A stretch of 63,979 nt of DNA, counting the filler, from Lenisia limosa (Eukaryota; Protista; Breviatea): assembly GCA_001655205.1 (NCBI GenBank). It is 5 parts of 5 records of this genome, joined end to end, with 100 filler letters (N's around TTAATTAATTAA, not from the genome) between each part and the next. Parts side by side here need not be neighbours in the genome. Positions count along the whole stretch, not along the records: positions 55,346 to 63,979 come from LPNZ01011566.1; 4 more parts are not named here. One strand, written 5' to 3'. A program made the position numbers and the translations under genes. The notes under the pieces were generated by a model that searched no databases, was not told where the DNA came from, and worked only from the letters and a program-made list of their open reading frames with translations. Positions within the stretch are counted from its first letter, which is position 1. Every line of letters begins with the position of its first letter. Shown here piece after piece: positions 60,624-63,979 of the stretch.

Positions 60624-60789
60624 NNNNNNNNNNAAAATAAAATAAAACAAAACGTAGTTCAATCAACAACATATTTGGTTATATCAAATACACCAAAATA
60701 GACTGAATTAAGAGAAATTCATATCATATGTCATTATAGTAGTATCATTAAAACTATTAATTTGATAGATACATATAAAATGAATGTGA

Positions 60790-61230
60790 TCAATAAACCA
60801 GTCATACAGGCTCAAAAAAGGCGACTGCGTTGACACGGTTGGGGATGACTATAACAGTCTTTGTGGATGCAATCAAGTCGAACATTAGCGCTCGAATACT
60901 GGCATCAGGATGCTAAAAAATCATGATTATTCTTCTCAATGCTTGATAATAACATATAACAAATTCAAAAAACTTAGACAACTCTTTATTTAGTTCAATT
61001 TTAACAACACCGCCTACGTTGATATATTTTATAATCACTGTTTCAGCGGAAGATGCCATGTCAATCCGTTCCGCGTGTGATAATCCTTGCTCATCGTGAC
61101 TTTGCACAAGGGAGGCGTCGAGGGGTAAATGTACGTATACCGTTTGCTGTGAGGTAACAAAGTGCCAATCAGGATTATCCGAAATTCTGAAGTGGTAGAT
61201 TCTCAGGAGCTTCAGCATGTTGTCCACAAA
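60790..61230 (-). CDS. Possible gene fragment
   Basis: A 104-aa ORF continues in frame after one TAG (HPDASIRALMFDLIA...), consistent with an intron ending ttttag. No family recognised. Confidence 0.25.
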
Positions 61231-61279
61231 CCAAAATCAGAAATAGGCGACAAATACAGACCTAACCAAAGCAAATGAG

Positions 61280-62470
61280 AAATAAATGTCAAACACCACT
61301 CTGCTTGGAATCAACTCACCATGACCCACCAATCCAAGTTCGAAGCCACGACATATAGTCTGAAGGCTGCCAAGTCCTCCCTGAAAAAGTCAGTAAAAAC
61401 CTGGTCGAAGCTCAAGGAGTCAGTCCAAGACAAAGTCATGGAAGTGGGTGTGGACCAAATGAAGATGGAAAGTAAACCTATGCGGTGCAATATATCAAAA
61501 AGGCAGGAGCAAGACTTCAGCCCCCCAAATCCGCTCCAGTATCCGCAGTCCTTGAACCAGTGAATCCCAAAGAACCCAACCCAGATAAACAGAAATGGCA
61601 CATACACATTTATCTCGTCTAGAAGTAGAAAAGCCCTCACACAGTACTACGAGGCACTCCCATCGCTCTTGTCCTCCTAAAAGGATAGACCTCTGGAACA
61701 GTTATGGTGCAACGAAACAACACAGGCTGCACGAGATCAGGATAGGGAGATATTTCCACTTACCCCACTCACTCTATGGCTCCCAAAGACAGCAAGTGGA
61801 GTACACAGGGAACAAGGAGAGTTGGAAGAATCTAATAAAAGAGATCACCCTTGAAGAGGTTAGTGAATCCTTCAGGAAAGCAAGTAACACTACTCCTGGC
61901 CAAGATGGTATAACTAACAATATGCTTAAGTTTGATTCCCCAAAATGTACACTCTGCAATCTCAGCAATATACAATGCCTCCATCCAAGAAGGCCTGTCT
62001 CCCTCTATCCACCACGCAAGCACCATAACCCCTATTCCCAAGAAAGAAGGAGTATGACCCTTTCCCTGAAGGATCACAGGCCTATCTCGCTACACCCCTG
62101 CACCAATCTCACCTCAATCATGGCATCCCGGCTCCTCCAAATTATATCATACACTCTTCACAGCAAGGGTTTATCAGCGAAGACAATACAACCAACCAAA
62201 TAAACTCAGTCATCAGAATGCTAGATTCAACCTTGAATGAAGAAAAATTCGGCAACTCAGCTATTAAACCGATTAATCTAGCAACTTTGGACTGGTTTAA
62301 AGCATTTGATTGTCCTTCTATGGAGTAAATAGACCTACCTCTACAAAGGCTTCATATCGCTAAAGTATTCATCAATCTAGTAAAGAGTATGAAGAAAAAG
62401 GCTACTGGGCAAATTAAAACTGATTATGGAATTTCAAAAAATTTCCCATTAAAAAAGGGCTCCCACAGGG
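61280..62470 (+). pseudogene. Decayed non-LTR (LINE) retrotransposon reverse transcriptase
   Basis: ITLEEVSESFRKASNTTPGQDGITNNMLK, DHRPISL, LATLDWFKAFD and GLPQG are the RT domain 0-4 motifs. There are frameshifts and stops, and it is truncated at PQG by a TIR-family insertion. Confidence 0.85.
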
Positions 62471-63097
62471 CCATGACGGTCAATATATAAACACCCCAGG
62501 TTTGGGTATAACAGCCGTTTTTGACCTCTTATTTCAGCGATTTTTAGTCTTACTAATTTGAAGGTAGCCCCGGTTTTTGATATATGTTATAAAATATGAT
62601 ACAACTGCGTTAAACTGCGCTCTGACTGGAAGAAACAATATTTCAATTATACTCTTGATTACACAATGCTTTCGGGTGCGTCATCTTTTCTCCGATTCTG
62701 ATTTCAAAGAAGATCATCTGTTTCGATAGTTATACAGTGTCGTCACTATGTCTATCTCTGTGATATTCTTCTTACCTCTGTATTGGTTTTGTGTTGTGAG
62801 GGCAAATCTCTTCTTATCCATGTTCTGTGCTTGCCTGTTGCGACCTCTGCTCATCCCAAACAATGTTTACTTCTCCACCTCTGTTCTTATGATGTTAGGT
62901 TAGAATATCTATGTGTAAATACGTTGTCAAGCTGATTTGTACTCACTGAATGCTGCCAGGACAGGCTTGTTCACCTGTTCGACCAACTCCAACAACCCCC
63001 CCCCCCGGTAGAGTGTTTTTGTCACCATTATTTTCCGTTGAGTTGAGTTTCCTCTTTTAATACATCAGAAACATGCACTATTTTGTTGGACCCATAT
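62466..63097. mobile_element. Family C long copy inserted at the LINE RT PQG motif
   Basis: Direct repeat of 59756-60623; both copies end gttggacccatat. Confidence 0.78.
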
Positions 63098-63112
63098 GAT
63101 GCCATAATCATA

Positions 63113-63820
63113 TATGTGGGTCATCAAAGCTCCGAACATCATTCATGATTCCCGGACACATCAAAACTCCCGGACAGCTTGAAGTTGACACCTTGTATAA
63201 GCCAGTGTTNNNNNNNNNNNNNNNNNNNNNNNNNNNNNNNNNNNNNNNNNNNNNNNNNNNNNNNNNNNNNNNNNNNNNNNNNNNNNNNNNNNNNNNNNNN
63301 NNNNNNNNNNNNNNNNNNNNNNNNNNNNNNNNNNNNNNNNNNNNNNNNNNNNNNNNNNNNNNNNNNNNNNNNNNNNNNNNNNNNNNNNNNNNNNNNNNNN
63401 NNNNNNNNNNNNNNNNNNNNNNNNNNNNNNNNNNNNNNNNNNNNNNNNNNNNNNNNNNTTTTGCTTTGGCTATGTACTGGTGAATTTTGAGGGGAAAATG
63501 CTAAAAATAGCACTGTCTACAGGGGTAAACTTTCCCGGATAGTTGCCATTTATTCCTTGAATGTGGCCTTTTATAACGGTTTTTGCTTGTTTTTGACCGT
63601 TTTTGGACCGTAAATAGAGAGCTTAGGGACTTAATTTGGTTTTGACCCGATAATATGTTAAATTGGGGTTTCATTATTTGATTAAGATTGAGATTACTTT
63701 CAAAAACAGAAGGGAAATTGGGTTTCTGGGTGGTTTACGGTAATTTTGTATGGAAAACTCAAGCTGTCCGGGAGTTTTGATGTATCCGGGAATTTTGAAT
63801 GATGTCCGGAGCTTTGACTA
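63113..63820. mobile_element. Family B, copy 3
   Basis: Same TIRs and shared interior (cccggatagttgccatttattccttgaatgtggcc). Confidence 0.82.
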
Positions 63821-63979
63821 TACATATACAGTACATCTGAATTTTCCTTGCAATGGAAACGAAAACACTTTCATAATATGATAAAATACACACATTACAT
63901 TACAGTTTGCAAGAAATGGCTCTGAAGAAGAAGTTTATACATAGTTAAGAACATTGTGCAAGATGGAAGCAGGTGACGA

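Noticed and set aside
466-63513. ORF-track entries containing long X runs
   Set aside because: They stay open only because N gaps lack stop codons.

Overview
Intron-rich eukaryotic nuclear DNA in the standard genetic code, from a fragmented draft scaffold with many N gaps and four artificial N-TTAATTAATTAA-N linkers. The gene content suggests a flagellated amoeboid protist, possibly amoebozoan (inference only). Genes I could reconstruct by hand, in order: DYNC2LI1 (-), PPP4R4 (-), a 12-kb gene for a secreted-ectodomain multi-TM receptor ending in a degenerate class III cyclase domain (+), a second multi-TM degenerate cyclase (-), SEC12/PREB (-), ATP-dependent PEPCK (+), a PH+SARAH protein (-), NOSIP (+), a myosin-VI-like myosin with a RUN tail (-), DDX20/Gemin3 (+), several unidentified multi-exon genes, and a compact MYST acetyltransferase (-). 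There are also several MITE/TIR element families and a decayed LINE reverse transcriptase. The standout is the MYST gene. It gives an intact, catalytically complete protein only if eight ultrashort 22-28 nt introns are removed, five of which have non-canonical GT...TG ends. The other genes I reconstructed use GT-AG introns of about 34 nt or longer. All exon structures are manual reconstructions and no database searches were run.
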